Sequence record: NC_041974.1
DNA length: 64,000 bases
Strand: one strand, 5' to 3'
In this document: positions 9,137-18,152 of the stretch, in pieces
Position numbering within the stretch: position 1 is the stretch's first letter
Layout of the letters: each line of letters begins with the position of its first letter
Translations under genes and position numbers: made by a program
The notes under the pieces: model-generated
The model's input: only the letters and a program-made list of their open reading frames with translations
What the model was told of the DNA's origin: nothing
The model's database searches: none

Positions 9137-9907
9137 ATGGCTGGTCCACAGCGTCAATTTAAAGCTCGTGAAAAATCTTACTTGAGCGAGTACTCGATGA
9201 ACCTTCAGGGCCCGGTGCAAGCTGGCGCTCAGTTCCCTGCTGAATTCCGCATGGCCTTTGCAGCCAACAAAGTGGCCATTCAGGTTGAAACCAAAAACCG
9301 CGATAACAAAAATAACGGTCGCTTTGAAATCGTTGTTCCTTATCTGGGCGCTATCGGTGTGCTGAATACGATCGACAAGCTTATTCAGGACAAAGCACGC
9401 AGTAAGCTGCAATACAAAGTGAAAGACTTCGTTTACTTCGGTAAAGGTAACAAGTCTGACTCGCCAATGATCAAAGGCACCCTGACTGTAGGGCGTGATA
9501 ACGAAGGCTGTCTCTATATCGGCATGTCCGGTAAAGACATCACCCCAATCAAATTCATCTTCACCCTGCCGGCGCATGATGAACTGTGCGATGACTCAGG
9601 TCAACGTCTGGGTGAAGCTGAGCACTCTGAGTTTGCTGCGAAGAACTTCGTGGTCGGTTACCTGGGCCTGCTGCCAGTGGTGATGGGTATTCACTATACC
9701 CCACCTGAACCGAAGAACCCAGATGGCGGTAATGGCGGTGGCGGTGGTCAAGGCGGTGGCGGCTGGGGCGGTAATGGCGGCGGGAACCGTGGCGGTGGTA
9801 ATGGCGGGGGAAACCAGTACAGCCAAGGCGGCAATCAGGGCGGCGGGAACGCCTCTGGTTCTGGTAGCAGCGGCGGCGGTGACTTCGCAGATGACCTGCC
9901 TTTCTAA
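9137..9907 (+). CDS. chmC: ChmC-like phage-nucleus-associated nucleic-acid-binding protein (phiKZ gp67/Imp6 type)
   Basis: SD AGGAG. Beta-rich N-terminal domain plus G/N/Q-rich disordered tail. Sits upstream of the gp68-type subunit and PicA, the position known for ChmC. Confidence 0.7.
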   Translation: MAGPQRQFKAREKSYLSEYSMNLQGPVQAGAQFPAEFRMAFAANKVAIQVETKNRDNKNNGRFEIVVPYLGAIGVLNTIDKLIQDKARSKLQYKVKDFVYFGKGNKSDSPMIKGTLTVGRDNEGCLYIGMSGKDITPIKFIFTLPAHDELCDDSGQRLGEAEHSEFAAKNFVVGYLGLLPVVMGIHYTPPEPKNPDGGNGGGGGQGGGGWGGNGGGNRGGGNGGGNQYSQGGNQGGGNASGSGSSGGGDFADDLPF

Positions 9908-9984
9908 ATAGACAGGACGATGAATTCAGCATAAGTCATTGTCTGGGTTCATCCACAACAGAGGAGGGTGAAAACCCTCCTCTT

Positions 9985-10308
9985 GTGCCGTCCACGGACT
10001 GGGCTATAGCTCACGCTTACTCCCCAGGGTATGGGCGATTCAAACGCCGACATTTCAGGAAGAATACGCGCAAGCGACCCCCACGGCCATGTAAGAATAA
10101 AAGTAAGTTGATGAAGGTGGCTCAGAGTAAGTTGGGTTATGCGATCATGACAGGCAGGGTAATCAGGCAGGCAGTATGTGATGAGTGTGAGGCGGATGAA
10201 CGTATCGAGCCTTTGCAAGTCAATTATGCTAAGCCGTATATCGTGCTGTGGCTTTGTCCACGTTGTCATGCTGACTGGTACCTGACAAATGAGCCGGCGT
10301 ACAGCTGA
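9985..10308 (+). CDS. Degenerate small HNH-type zinc-binding protein
   Basis: AIMTGRVIRQAVCDEC...NYAKPYIVLWLCPRCHADW resembles small phage HNH proteins (CxxC...HHxDYxKPLxVxWLCxxCH), but the HH is replaced by LQ. Start uncertain. Confidence 0.5.
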   Translation: MPSTDWAIAHAYSPGYGRFKRRHFRKNTRKRPPRPCKNKSKLMKVAQSKLGYAIMTGRVIRQAVCDECEADERIEPLQVNYAKPYIVLWLCPRCHADWYLTNEPAYS

Positions 10309-10345
10309 GGGTTTCGGCCCTCCTTTATGATACCAAGAGGTGACA

Positions 10346-10738
10346 ATGTTTGAAGAACCGACACATGTTCGTTATGCATTGGTAACCCGCCCTCAACACG
10401 ATGAGAAGGTAACACTGACACCCTGTGATAATCTGATCGAAGCGGTACACAAACAAGACCGTTACGATTCGATTGCTTCCGTGGTGATCTGTGATGACTT
10501 CAAAGCGCAGGCGGTGGATGTCCGGTTACACTTTATCACGGGTCCGGATGACTCGGCGTACCGTGCAAAGGAAATGTTACTGGCTTCTTTTATACGCCAG
10601 AACAATGGTTGGATTCCCCGTCATGTTACGGGTTGTATGATAGACGCTTTTGATGACGAGACCCTTACCTTCATCCAAAGCCTACTATCTTTCTTTGATT
10701 CACACAGAACCAATTTTGCTCGTTCGCTTGCTTCGTAA
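10346..10738 (+). CDS. Hypothetical protein
   Basis: SD GAGGTG; about 130 aa. Confidence 0.65.
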   Translation: MFEEPTHVRYALVTRPQHDEKVTLTPCDNLIEAVHKQDRYDSIASVVICDDFKAQAVDVRLHFITGPDDSAYRAKEMLLASFIRQNNGWIPRHVTGCMIDAFDDETLTFIQSLLSFFDSHRTNFARSLAS

Positions 10739-10843
10739 TTTTTATTGCTGGATGCGGTAAACCCGCTCCAGCCCTTATGCCGCCTGTAATATCGTACATT
10801 ATTCTACTATCTATTAGAGGAACAAATAATCTTAAATATTTAC

Positions 10844-10857
10844 AAGCCTACATTATC
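10844..10857 (+). promoter_or_regulatory. Putative early promoter core AAGCCTACATTATC
   Basis: Near-identical to 15985-15998 (AAGCCTATATTATC) and 34918-34931 (AAACCTACATTATA). Two of the three precede nvRNAP subunit genes. Confidence 0.6.
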
Positions 10858-10915
10858 AACATGTCATAGCAGTATGTGATTTAACCTACCGTGTGATCAC
10901 CGGGAGCAGCCACCA

Positions 10916-12460
10916 ATGATGTTTAAGTACACCACCAAATCGACCTCTGAGAAGGTATGGTTAAACACAATCATAGTTGTCAGTCGTCATGGCGAAGAGA
11001 TTGTGTTTAACGAAAACAACTTCTTCAAGTCGGAAGAGAAGGACCATAAAGGAACCTTCGACGAACTGAATCTCTATCTCTTGCGTTGCCTGAGTAACGA
11101 GCAACGTGATCGGATGTTTGAGTTCTATAAGCAAATCAGTTATATCCTGAAAACGGAACTGTCGGTCACGAAGGTCCTTCTGCCAAAGTTGCAGCCTTTG
11201 GTTAAAGGGATCTACGACCTGGTTAGCTTAAGCGACCTGAACGTCTTCATGTATGAAAACAAACTGACGCACATCCCGAACAGCGTACTGGATACCATCC
11301 CGTCCTCGAAAGAGTACCCGACGATGACCACGTATGTGAAAGCGGATTACGTCAAGCTGGTTAACCTGTCGGTGTTGTTGCATCTGATGGCGCCGATCAT
11401 TGCGGACTATGTCAGCAAGGTCAGTGAGTCAACCGGCAAGCAGTTTAAAGAACACGCCGCCTTACCGTTATTGGAATACACCAACATCATGTATTCTGAT
11501 GAGATGGTCAAGCTGCGTAACTTCGTGACCGCCAACTGCAGTAAAAAGCCAGTGCCGTTATCAGCCACCTTAGAAGGGATGTCAGAAGAGTCGTTCCCGG
11601 ATTGGATGCTGGCGTCGGTCATTGCACGTAAGCTGTGTATCAACCATGTACGGCGTGGGGATGAGAACGGGCATCTGGTTGCTGCGGTGTTTGCCTACAT
11701 CAACTACAACATCAAACTGGATGGTAAGTTTGGTGGCGGGGTCATGCCAAAGAAAGAGCGTCGGGGTCTGGGAGAAGATGAACGCGAGAAAGCGGTCATT
11801 GATAACTGGAAGATGAAAGAGGATGTGGACAAGATCGATATCTTAGCCTGTGCTGTTGGCTTTGATGATCCGGTTGCTGCTGCCAAATTCATTGAGCCTG
11901 ACATCGATCCAAACATGGTGATCCGTTGCCTGAATGCGATTCCACAAGCCTGGAACTTCAGCATGACTCGTCATCAGAGCATTCTGTTGCAGTGGGTAGT
12001 GGGTGAGCTTCTGCCGCATATAGGTGATACGTATGTGCCGCCGTTGACCGTTGAGTATTACGATTACGATGTCTGCGTGAAGTTGGTCGGGATTGCACAA
12101 GCGGTACTGTGGCATCGGGGTTATCCGAAGCTTGCAGTGTTTGCTGCGACTTATCCGTCTGAAGTGGATGCCGGGGGGATGCCGAATGCCGTGATGCCAT
12201 TAGAACTGAAAGTGATGGCAGAGCTGGAAGCGTATTACGGTAATGTGCGTCTGGGTAAACGTCAGGACAGCAGCGATGGCTTGGTGCATAAAACCATCAA
12301 CACCATGGTTACCTCATTGTTAGAAGATGATTATCAGGTCGTAGGCCCTGATGAATTGTTAGCGTTATCTGGGGTGGTAGATTTCGAACGTCGAATCGTC
12401 ATTCCTGAAAGCCTATATTACGATATTGCTGGCTACATTCGTTTCTTAGCCACTCGTTAA
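10916..12460 (+). CDS. nvRNAP fifth (promoter-specificity, sigma-like) subunit, phiKZ gp68 type
   Basis: 514 aa; position between ChmC-like and PicA-like genes matches phiKZ gp67-gp68-gp69. Confidence 0.7.
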   Translation: MMFKYTTKSTSEKVWLNTIIVVSRHGEEIVFNENNFFKSEEKDHKGTFDELNLYLLRCLSNEQRDRMFEFYKQISYILKTELSVTKVLLPKLQPLVKGIYDLVSLSDLNVFMYENKLTHIPNSVLDTIPSSKEYPTMTTYVKADYVKLVNLSVLLHLMAPIIADYVSKVSESTGKQFKEHAALPLLEYTNIMYSDEMVKLRNFVTANCSKKPVPLSATLEGMSEESFPDWMLASVIARKLCINHVRRGDENGHLVAAVFAYINYNIKLDGKFGGGVMPKKERRGLGEDEREKAVIDNWKMKEDVDKIDILACAVGFDDPVAAAKFIEPDIDPNMVIRCLNAIPQAWNFSMTRHQSILLQWVVGELLPHIGDTYVPPLTVEYYDYDVCVKLVGIAQAVLWHRGYPKLAVFAATYPSEVDAGGMPNAVMPLELKVMAELEAYYGNVRLGKRQDSSDGLVHKTINTMVTSLLEDDYQVVGPDELLALSGVVDFERRIVIPESLYYDIAGYIRFLATR

Positions 12461-12495
12461 CTTAATTTAATCTACACCGTTAGGAGTCACCCAAG

Positions 12496-14013
12496 ATGTT
12501 ACCTACCCAAAACATTCAGTTCGAAGGCTATGTTGAGAAAGCTGCTATCTGCCGTACACCAGCTTATCAGGACATGTACCGTCGACCGTACAGCATGAAT
12601 ATCAGTCAGGACACCGCATCCGTTATTGGTAACATGAGTGCCGGTGTGGATTATTCTCGTGAGCGTTTAGCGCCGATTGCCGCATCGGTCATTGCGCCAC
12701 AGACTTACGTTGAATCGGTTTGTAACGTACCAGAGGGCTGGGGTTCTGAGCGTTGTCTCTTCATTCTGAAGATCGTTCACGGTCGTCCGGGTGACCAGGG
12801 TCTGAACAAACGTGTGCAGTATCTGACCGGCTACACCAGTCACATGGGCATGATGCCAAGTCAGATGCGTGCGAATGATGTTGTTGTTGATGACAACATG
12901 CGTCTGTTCTTTAACACCAGTATGCTGTTTAACGAAACCAGCCATATCGATGGCTATGGTCGTAAGCTCGTCACCGCCATGCCGTTGATGGCAAGTCAGT
13001 TGGTAATGGGTCAGCACGGTGGGGTGCATGGTCATAACGATCGTACGTTGCGTCCTGAAGATGTTTACTCAGCAATCAATGTTGGACAGCTGATTCAGCA
13101 GAACAACCAGTATGATCAAAGCCGTGGTACCAATGGTCCGATTGGTCAGCTGTATGATGGTCGTACTGCTTTCCAACCTGGTCAGCCGTATAAGCTTTCT
13201 CAGCTGAATAACCTGGTGCCTTCAAACTACCTCAGTAAAGTGCTGACCGGCGCAGCCACCGAACAGCTGACCTTAGGTGGTCAACGTGCAAACCCAGCGG
13301 ACACCAGCAATCAGATCGCAACTGGCCTGAACGAAGGTTATCTGTCTAACGACCTGACCCTGCAGCACATCCTGGATCGCACCGGTCTGCGTGAAAACTG
13401 CTCAATCACATTTGGTGAATTGCGTCGTATTCTGCCGAACATTGATGCACCGGGTATTTTGACCAAAGCGGGTATGGAAGGTGTCGGTACTGGTCAGGTT
13501 GCCGGTGCAGTAGGTGGTGCTGGTTCTGAACATCATCAGGGTTCGAACTATGAAACCGTGATTGCCAACATGCTAAACAATGTGACCACTGCACTGATGA
13601 TGGATCTGATGATCGGTGAGATTCATTGTAATGGCGGTAACATGACCGTAGCCGATGTGGCGACTGGTACAATGAGCGGTCAGTTCCTGTTGAACACACC
13701 GTATGCAACTTCCTTCGTGGATGGTCGTGATGCGGTGGCGTTGTGTGAATCGTTTAAGCTGCGTCTGGTGCGTGAGTTCCTGTCAAGCTTTACCGGCCAC
13801 AACCATGTGCCAATCGGTTTTGCAATCCATGCAAGTCTGATGGCCGAAACGGTTATTGATGTCTCTTACAATAACCAACCGAAGATTCGCTTCGTGTTCC
13901 CGGTCTTTGCGAACGCGTCGTATACCCCGATTATCACTGGCGATCAGAACACTCTGAACTCCATTGCCGTACACACACGTGAACTGGTCCAGCAGCTGAC
14001 CAACGTCTTTTAA
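12496..14013 (+). CDS. picA: Phage-nucleus protein import factor PicA/Imp1 (phiKZ gp69 type)
   Basis: 505 aa; SD AGGAG; follows the gp68-type gene. N-terminal YQDMYRRPY...FILKI...YLTGYT pattern recalled for this family. Confidence 0.7.
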   Translation: MLPTQNIQFEGYVEKAAICRTPAYQDMYRRPYSMNISQDTASVIGNMSAGVDYSRERLAPIAASVIAPQTYVESVCNVPEGWGSERCLFILKIVHGRPGDQGLNKRVQYLTGYTSHMGMMPSQMRANDVVVDDNMRLFFNTSMLFNETSHIDGYGRKLVTAMPLMASQLVMGQHGGVHGHNDRTLRPEDVYSAINVGQLIQQNNQYDQSRGTNGPIGQLYDGRTAFQPGQPYKLSQLNNLVPSNYLSKVLTGAATEQLTLGGQRANPADTSNQIATGLNEGYLSNDLTLQHILDRTGLRENCSITFGELRRILPNIDAPGILTKAGMEGVGTGQVAGAVGGAGSEHHQGSNYETVIANMLNNVTTALMMDLMIGEIHCNGGNMTVADVATGTMSGQFLLNTPYATSFVDGRDAVALCESFKLRLVREFLSSFTGHNHVPIGFAIHASLMAETVIDVSYNNQPKIRFVFPVFANASYTPIITGDQNTLNSIAVHTRELVQQLTNVF

Positions 14014-14027
14014 GGAAAAGATAAACC

Positions 14028-15572
14028 ATGACAACTCCACTTATTAACTATTACACGGGCTTCCTGGAATCGACGGGCGCTGTGATTGATCAGTCCACCG
14101 GTGTGGTGAGCTATGAACGTTCCACCGGTTTAAAGCCGGTGTTAATTGATGGCAAAGAGCTGATCCTGCCCATCCGTGCGTTTCAGGATAAGCCGGACTG
14201 GACGCGTTATGTGCCATTCCATCCGCTGTCTGAATCGATTGCTCGTGGTGAATCGGAAGTGCTGCAGAAAGCCAAAGAGCTTATCAGTCTGAAGCTGTTC
14301 CTGAAATATGCGGAACTGTCTGAAGCGCTGCTGATGCTGGCAGTGAACTCTGAATCGCAGGCGAAGCTCACCCCTACCCAGATGAAGTTCCTGGAAGGGC
14401 TGGGTGATGCGGATGAGAAAACGGTTGAGAACTTCTCAAAGATCCTGGCGAAATCCAAAGCGACCTTTGAAGGTGGTGAGAACCGTTGTCTGGTGTCGTT
14501 GTTCCTGAAACGTGGCGGTACACTCAACGGGCAGAAGTTTGCCCGTCTGTGTGTTGTAGCGTTCCCGTACTACGAAGCGCTGTGTAAGATCGAAAACGAA
14601 CCTGCGGATAAGCGCGTGGTGTTTGGTGTGCCATTGCGTGCCAAAGACATCAAAGTGCTGAAGCGTCTGCATGAAGTGATCGTACCGAACAGCGATGACG
14701 GGATCTACTCGATCGGGACTAACGTACAGACTGCGCCGTACTGGGGTGCATTGATGATGACTTACGTCAACATCCTGAACCAGTTCAACAGCGTAATCAA
14801 ACCGTTCTCGAAAGTGATCAAATCGCTGAAGGCGGTTGATACCTCGTGGGATGTGGGTGATGAGTTGCAACAGTTCCGTGCTGAGATTCCACCGATGCCG
14901 TATAATGAAGGTGCAGATTCCAGCAAACCAGCTGAAACAACCCAGCCTCTGCAGACCCAACAGCAGCCTGTTGCGACGCAGCCACAAACCATCCCACAGC
15001 CAACCGGTAATCTGGTACAGCAGCCAGCAACCATCCAGCAGGCGCCGAGCTTTAACGGTAATCAGAACCAGTCCAGCACAGTCACCCATCCGCCAGCTCA
15101 CAACGTTAAACCATCTAACGGTGGCGGTGTGAACTTCGCTGATGCGATGAACAAGTCGGGCATGGGTATGATGCCACAAATGCAGATGCCGGGTATGATG
15201 CCGCAGATGTATCCTCAGCAGGGTTACCCACAGCAGCAGATGCCAATGTATCCGCAACAGCAAATGTATCCTCAGATGCAGATGCAAATGCCGATGCAGC
15301 AGCTTCCAATGCCACCGGTCTCTCAGCCGCAGGGTCAGCAGCAATTCCCGCAGCAGATGTATTATCAAAATGGTCAGTTGCCAATGCCGCCGGTTAGCCA
15401 GCAGCAACAGCAAGGTTACCCACAGCAGGGCATGTATCCTCAGCAGCAGATGATGCAGCCTCAAATGTACCCGCAGATGCAAATGCCTGGCATGATGCCA
15501 CAAATGCAGATGCCGGGTATGATGCAGCAGGGTTACCCGCAACAGCCACAGATGTTCCAGTTCGGGCGTTAA
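14028..15572 (+). CDS. phiKZ gp70-type core protein with long Q/M/P/Y-rich C-terminal low-complexity domain
   Basis: Synteny after PicA; globular first ~290 aa, then TQP-rich linker and MPQ/QQGYPQQ repeats. Confidence 0.7.
   Translation: MTTPLINYYTGFLESTGAVIDQSTGVVSYERSTGLKPVLIDGKELILPIRAFQDKPDWTRYVPFHPLSESIARGESEVLQKAKELISLKLFLKYAELSEALLMLAVNSESQAKLTPTQMKFLEGLGDADEKTVENFSKILAKSKATFEGGENRCLVSLFLKRGGTLNGQKFARLCVVAFPYYEALCKIENEPADKRVVFGVPLRAKDIKVLKRLHEVIVPNSDDGIYSIGTNVQTAPYWGALMMTYVNILNQFNSVIKPFSKVIKSLKAVDTSWDVGDELQQFRAEIPPMPYNEGADSSKPAETTQPLQTQQQPVATQPQTIPQPTGNLVQQPATIQQAPSFNGNQNQSSTVTHPPAHNVKPSNGGGVNFADAMNKSGMGMMPQMQMPGMMPQMYPQQGYPQQQMPMYPQQQMYPQMQMQMPMQQLPMPPVSQPQGQQQFPQQMYYQNGQLPMPPVSQQQQQGYPQQGMYPQQQMMQPQMYPQMQMPGMMPQMQMPGMMQQGYPQQPQMFQFGR
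15168..15524 (+). repeat. 33-bp exact direct repeat (15168-15200 and 15492-15524) bracketing the Q-rich domain
   Basis: ATGATGCCACAAATGCAGATGCCGGGTATGATG occurs twice, 324 nt (108 codons) apart. Confidence 0.9.
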
Positions 15573-15586
15573 TCTATAAATCTGAT

Positions 15587-15625
15587 CGGCATAAGGAGAG
15601 GCTACGGCCTCTCCTCTTTCAGAGT
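15587..15625. terminator. Bidirectional terminator between convergent genes, flanked by CGGCATAA
   Basis: AGGAGAGGC-tacg-GCCTCTCCT stem. Confidence 0.8.
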
Positions 15626-15960
15626 CATTTTTTATTTGAGTTGTAGAGATCTCTAATAGATGACAGAAGTGAACTGTTTTCATCTATTAGAAGAATGTCC
15701 GTTGTAATGACATCCCATTTAAAGGGATTCATGATGTTGTTGATTCGCATAGTTAACCAATGCATGTGATAAGGAACGCCGTATTCCAGTAGTAGCATGC
15801 GAAAGTCACCACGTTCTTCGTACTGTTCAAGAGGGGTAGGGGGAGTAAACTTAGTTGCATTCGCCCGAAGCAAATCGAGATGATGCACCAGGACCTGACG
15901 AAAGCCGTGATCTTGAAACAGCTTATCGGTCGGGTGTTTGATTTCGTTGCTGACTCGCAT
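15625..15960 (-). CDS. Small conserved phiKZ-like protein on the opposite strand (possible LysM/gp53-like baseplate fold)
   Basis: 111 aa; GDFRMLLLEYGVPYHMHWLTMRINN pattern; own terminator at about 15600. Fold is tentative. Confidence 0.6.
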   Translation of the reverse strand: MRVSNEIKHPTDKLFQDHGFRQVLVHHLDLLRANATKFTPPTPLEQYEERGDFRMLLLEYGVPYHMHWLTMRINNIMNPFKWDVITTDILLIDENSSLLSSIRDLYNSNKK

Positions 15961-15984
15961 ATGCGTAAATACCTATACTTGTTT

Positions 15985-15998
15985 AAGCCTATATTATC
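15985..15998 (+). promoter_or_regulatory. Putative early promoter core AAGCCTATATTATC
   Basis: Matches 10844 and 34918; about 30 nt upstream of the nvRNAP beta gene. Confidence 0.6.
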
Positions 15999-16030
15999 TC
16001 TTGGCAGTTAGGTTGATAAAAGGAATCATA

Positions 16031-18142
16031 ATGAGTCATATTACCGAGGCAAGTGAACTCTCTGCAGAGTTGTTAGGCAGTGTGTTATGTTTGAACCCAA
16101 CCGTACATGGCGATAGCAGCCCACGTTCTGCTATGTTCGGAGGTCATGCAGGACAGGCCGTGACAATCGAGGGTAGCACGCCACGTATGTTAAAAACCGG
16201 GATCGAGTATGAGTACGGTCAACGGACCTTCAAGATTGAAGCGCCGTGTCAGATGCTCGTGATCGGTGTGATTAACCGTTTCGTCACCAACCACGTTGGT
16301 ACTGGGGGTGTGAAAGAGAACCCTGAGAAATATGTGATCTATCAGAACTTAAGTGTAAATACGCCTACACCGACGTTCGGCATTCTGTGTATTCCGACCT
16401 ATCACACACGTAACCACGCATTAGGGTTTAAGTATGTGATGGACAAGAAAGCAATTAACCGTTTGTACAGTGTTGATGGTAAGGCGTATATCGAAAAGGG
16501 TGTGATCTTTGCCCGTTCCCCTAACTTGACCGAAGGTGGCGATTATAAGTACGGTCGTGAAACCAACGTAGCATTTATGTCATTACCGGAAGTCGAACAG
16601 GACGGAATGGTGGTAACAGAAAGCTTCGCACAAGCCATGGCCTGTACCAAGATCGAAAGCCGTATCGCACAGTGGGGCGATGATCAGGTGTTGTTGAACC
16701 TGTATGGCGACGATGAGAACTACAAAGCGTTTCCGGATATCGGCGATAAGATTCGTGAAGATGGGATGTTGTTTGCGGTACGTAAGATCATACCAGGTAC
16801 TGGCATTGTCAATCTGACCCCAAAAGCCCTTCGTACTTACGATCCGAACTTCGACTATCCGCAGTATGCTGAAGCCGGCGCCACGGTGGTGAACGTACAG
16901 GTGAACTCGGACCGCATGCGTACAGGACGTACTGATGTGCAGTTCTATGATAAACAAGCTGAACGGTATGAACGTGCAGCGCGTGAGTTCTCCAAGTCTC
17001 TGCGTAAGATCTACGACGACCTCTATCGTACGTATGGTCATGGCATGATCCTGGAACCTGAGCTCAACCGGATGGTCACGGATGCCATCTCAGATACCGG
17101 CGGCATGGATCGCAAGATGAATAATCAAGGACAGATTATCAGCGTGGACAAAGGCACACAGGTCTATAACAAAGTCCCGATTGGTGACTGGCGTGTGAAG
17201 ATCACCTTTGTTAAACGGATTGAAGCCGGCGTACGCTTCAAGATCACCGATACCCATGGCGGTAAAGGTGTTATCGTAAACGTGATTCCTGACGCAGATG
17301 CCCCGACCGATGATTACGGTAACCGGGCGGATGTGATCATGGATGATGTGTCGATCACCAAACGCATGAACCTGGGCAAGCCAACCGAGCAGTATATCAA
17401 CGGTGCATCAGTATATGCAGCGAAGATTGCACGCCAGATGGCAACCAGCGGGGATCTGGATGGTGCCTGGAATCACCTCATGAGCTATTACCATGCGGCG
17501 GCGTATGAACAGTGGGAAATGATGCAATCACCGACGTACCTGGATAACAAACCGAATCGCGATCATCATGTGCGTTGGGTGTGTGATCACGGTATTGAGT
17601 TGTTTGCACCAACTGACCGTCGCTACTTTGGGGCCGAGCAGGTACGGCGTATCATGAAGGAGCATGACTTCCCGGTTACACCCGTGACGTATCGTGCACC
17701 CGATGGGCGTATGGTCCGTACGCGTGATCCGGTGGTGATTGCACCGATCTATATCATCCTGCTGGAAAAGATGGGCGAATACTGGGCATCGTGTGCGATT
17801 CCAAAACTCACACACTTCGGTACACTCTCATCCTTAACACAGGCGGATAAGTTTGCGTTACCGTGGCGTAACACTCCAACCCGTTTCGGTGAGTCTGAGT
17901 TGCGTCTGTTCTTAGCAGCGTGTCGTGGCTATTATGCGAACCGCTTGCAAAGCATGGCGAACACTCCGGCGATGCAGAAGGAAGCTGCACTGATGTTCTT
18001 GCGTCACGATACACCAATGAACATCCCGAACGTGATTGATGAAACGAAGACACCACTGGGGCGTGCACGTCCACTGCAGATGTATAAGCATAACCAGGGC
18101 TGTCGTGGTATTGAGTTTGAAACAACCGTGTTAAATAAATAA
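16031..18142 (+). CDS. rpoB: nvRNAP beta subunit, C-terminal half (phiKZ gp71/73 type)
   Basis: DSSPRSAM (dna/RpoB-like), EQDGMVV, KITDTHGGKGVI, RADVIMD...RMNLG, RFGESE. SD AGGA before ATG 16031. Uninterrupted. Confidence 0.93.
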   Translation: MSHITEASELSAELLGSVLCLNPTVHGDSSPRSAMFGGHAGQAVTIEGSTPRMLKTGIEYEYGQRTFKIEAPCQMLVIGVINRFVTNHVGTGGVKENPEKYVIYQNLSVNTPTPTFGILCIPTYHTRNHALGFKYVMDKKAINRLYSVDGKAYIEKGVIFARSPNLTEGGDYKYGRETNVAFMSLPEVEQDGMVVTESFAQAMACTKIESRIAQWGDDQVLLNLYGDDENYKAFPDIGDKIREDGMLFAVRKIIPGTGIVNLTPKALRTYDPNFDYPQYAEAGATVVNVQVNSDRMRTGRTDVQFYDKQAERYERAAREFSKSLRKIYDDLYRTYGHGMILEPELNRMVTDAISDTGGMDRKMNNQGQIISVDKGTQVYNKVPIGDWRVKITFVKRIEAGVRFKITDTHGGKGVIVNVIPDADAPTDDYGNRADVIMDDVSITKRMNLGKPTEQYINGASVYAAKIARQMATSGDLDGAWNHLMSYYHAAAYEQWEMMQSPTYLDNKPNRDHHVRWVCDHGIELFAPTDRRYFGAEQVRRIMKEHDFPVTPVTYRAPDGRMVRTRDPVVIAPIYIILLEKMGEYWASCAIPKLTHFGTLSSLTQADKFALPWRNTPTRFGESELRLFLAACRGYYANRLQSMANTPAMQKEAALMFLRHDTPMNIPNVIDETKTPLGRARPLQMYKHNQGCRGIEFETTVLNK

Positions 18143-18152
18143 GGGGTGTGTG

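Noticed and set aside
9723-9895. GGCGGT-rich repeat as a DNA-level element such as a G-quadruplex or VNTR
   Set aside because: Fully explained by Gly codons of the ChmC tail; G runs are mostly two long and irregular.
14436-15683. 415-aa minus-strand ORF rich in H/L/W
   Set aside because: Antisense shadow of the Q/M/P repeat gene; reverse complements of CAG/ATG/CCG codons contain no stops. No SD and implausible composition.
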